NCBI GenBank assembly: GCA_010015805.1
Contig: ML978126.1
Span: 434,001-498,000 of the forward strand
From: Rhizodiscina lignyota
Taxonomy: Eukaryota
Direction of reading: 5' to 3'
DNA: 64,000 nucleotides
Within the stretch, counting starts at the first letter, position 1. Every line of letters begins with the position of its first letter. The notes under the pieces are model-generated. The model was not told the DNA's origin and made no database searches. It saw only the letters and a list, made by a program, of their open reading frames with translations. Shown here in pieces: positions 61,833 to 64,000 of the stretch. The translations under genes and the position numbers were made by a program.

Positions 61833-62465
61833 AGTTCTCTCGAGTTCATAGCTCGGGATGTAGATACCCCTAGCCAGAATCAAGTCTTCCTCAGTGCCCT
61901 CAAGATCGCCGCGATGGAGTGGTGGAAGGTATGATCCCTTTTGAGCAACCCGATGTTTAGTATCCACTCTACTGCAATATGAAGAATGTTCCACAACTCA
62001 GCATCTACATAACATTTTGGACTTGAGACTAGAGAGCACTCGTCTATCGCTCTGATTGCAATCATACCATTTGTTGCACGGCACTGATATAATAAGGTGT
62101 GAATGAAAGTCGCATCGGTCTCAATAGTAGTAATTTGGTACTTCCACCCACCGACTTTTACTACTAAAAAGTGCAACGTCGTTAGATATGGGAGCTCTCC
62201 TCACGGGCATCATTACCGACTTCAAATTCAATGTAAATGACTTCCAGACTCCTCAGGAACTTGCATCTTCAGAAATACATCACAATAAACGTTATTTGCA
62301 GGCTCCTAAACCTTCTCAACATCCTACTCAGTAATGCTAAATATAGAGTCAACTTGGGGTAACACAAGACCCTAACCCTCGTTGATACAGTCAAATTAAC
62401 GCTCGAGCATTGAAATATTTCGCTATAAAGACATGTCAGTAGTAAATACAAATTTCTAAATCCAA

Positions 62466-64000
62466 TCAAAACCTCCTCGTTCCTCTTGAGGGTGGTTCAA
62501 TCGGCGTCTGCACATCCAACTGACTCCGAAGCTTATTGTTCCTCCTCTTCGCATCATCTAGCGCAGCCTTCACCCTCCTCTCATGCTCGGCCTGGCCTTC
62601 CTTGCCTCGGAATGCTTTCTCGACGGTTTCCTCCGCCGTCTTGAGTGCGGTCTGAATCTCCGCGAGCCGCGCCTCGTGCTCCTCCTTCAACCGCACGTCC
62701 TCTGCGCCTTTCTCGTCCGCAAGCCGCGTGACGACGTGGCGTGGCGCGTTGTCGAAGGTTGCGCGGGCAACAGCAGAGTTGAATTCGGCGAGGTTGAGGT
62801 TAGTATCGATAGCGTAGAAGCTGCCGGTCAAAGACTTGGAGCTAGCTGCTAGCGTTTCTAGGGCTTGCGTTATGCTAGCTTTGAGGTGTTGATTCTCTGG
62901 GTTTGCGAGCTGCTCGCTAGCTGCCTCGGTCTCTTTGGTGATCTCTTCGACCGTTGCTTTATTCTCGCGTGCACCTCTGACAGTCAACGGTCGTACCAGC
63001 TGCCACAGCGGCTGGAGTCTTGATTTGCACTCCTCGCATTTCGTGACCGTAGCGTTCTTCTCTACCATGTCGAGTCGTTTACGGAACTCGACTTGATTGA
63101 GCTTATCCGCGCCGGCAACCGAGACCTCATCGATAGCCCTCCTACGGCGGTCGCGTTTGACAATGCAGTCCACCAGCTGCTCGTGCCTCTCCTCAAGCTT
63201 CTGATGCAGCTCTACAACGAGTCTTAGTACCTCTGCAAGGTCAACCTTGTCGGCGGCCCCGTTACCGCTGTTACTGTTGGACAACATCAACAGTTCTTTG
63301 CCTGCAACGCCGTCTTCCCTCGCCATCGTCTCTGCGTCCCTCAGAAGCCCAGTCACTACGCTAATCTCCTCCTGCAGCCGTTTGTATAACGGATCAAAAA
63401 CATCAGTCAGGTAGCTCTCGTACTCCTTCTCATTCTGTTCGCTCTTGATCTCCGCCTCTTGTTTCTTGAATGAGTCTTCCAGCATGGCAATATCTGAATA
63501 TGCAATCTGATTCTCGTTGAAGAGATCGTCGATCTGTTGCTGGGACTCGAGTCCTCGCTGACGTGACTCCACCTCGGCTCGTGCGCGATTGGACGCTGCC
63601 TTTGTCTTCCATTTGTCGAAAGCGACGGTCACGAAGTCAAAATTGGAAGGATAAAGCATCAGAGATGTTTTGAGATTCTCCAGACGAGGGTTGAGGATAG
63701 GGCTGGCGTTTGGTTTGGGCAGAAGCTCTTTCAACCTCTCGAGAGAAGGAGGTTGAACAGGCAGTGGAGGTACAACATTGTCCAATGGTGGTTCTTTTGG
63801 TGCTGGCTGTCTTACTTCTGGCTTTACTTCTGGCGGCTCTGGCGACTTGTCCGCAGCCTTCGTCTTTTCAGGCAGTGGTGCAGCTGGTTGTGGTGCGGGT
63901 GGCGGGATTTCTTGAACTGTTCTTGTCGTTTCTGCTGTGCTACTTGGGATCGAGGGCTTCCGCGTCCCTGTCGCAGCGGCGCTTGGCTGAAAACCTGCCG
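62466..64000 (-). CDS. Uncharacterised protein with Pro-rich linker and long coiled-coil C-terminus (5' part outside window)
   Basis: Frame is open from the window edge to the stop at 62466; helical, charge-rich 439-aa segment. Confidence 0.75.
   Translation of the reverse strand, partial: AGFQPSAAATGTRKPSIPSSTAETTRTVQEIPPPAPQPAAPLPEKTKAADKSPEPPEVKPEVRQPAPKEPPLDNVVPPLPVQPPSLERLKELLPKPNASPILNPRLENLKTSLMLYPSNFDFVTVAFDKWKTKAASNRARAEVESRQRGLESQQQIDDLFNENQIAYSDIAMLEDSFKKQEAEIKSEQNEKEYESYLTDVFDPLYKRLQEEISVVTGLLRDAETMAREDGVAGKELLMLSNSNSGNGAADKVDLAEVLRLVVELHQKLEERHEQLVDCIVKRDRRRRAIDEVSVAGADKLNQVEFRKRLDMVEKNATVTKCEECKSRLQPLWQLVRPLTVRGARENKATVEEITKETEAASEQLANPENQHLKASITQALETLAASSKSLTGSFYAIDTNLNLAEFNSAVARATFDNAPRHVVTRLADEKGAEDVRLKEEHEARLAEIQTALKTAEETVEKAFRGKEGQAEHERRVKAALDDAKRRNNKLRSQLDVQTPIEPPSRGTRRF

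Overview
Intron-rich, gene-dense 64 kb window from a filamentous ascomycete (Pezizomycotina; GT-AG introns with CTRAY branch sites, HET and Zn2Cys6 genes). It holds about 20 protein-coding loci. Left arm: SDR oxidoreductase, thioredoxin, a secreted beta-helix glycan-active protein with a bacterial-like domain string, a head-to-head peroxisomal acyl-CoA ligase (-AKL) and thioesterase (-SKL) pair, Spp2 G-patch protein and a GH79. Core: a 907-aa conserved unknown protein, a ~1560-aa MBD4-like G:T glycosylase, eIF3j, clathrin heavy chain, pyruvate carboxylase, a GCKIII/MST kinase, a C2H2 factor, a MARVEL-like protein, a disrupted HET gene, a Zn2Cys6 factor, PRE1, UTP13 and a truncated coiled-coil gene. 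No rRNA, intact tRNA, intact transposon or CRISPR array was recognised. Top leads: (1) a 310-nt clathrin intron containing a ~175-nt multibranch RNA fold closed by a perfect 15-bp stem; (2) the divergent peroxisomal ligase/thioesterase pair with two CCGAGG (FarA/CTF1-type) sites; (3) the possibly horizontally acquired beta-helix enzyme; (4) tandem QT-like repeats in the MBD4-like protein. Exon boundaries were read by eye and family calls come from remembered motifs, not database searches.
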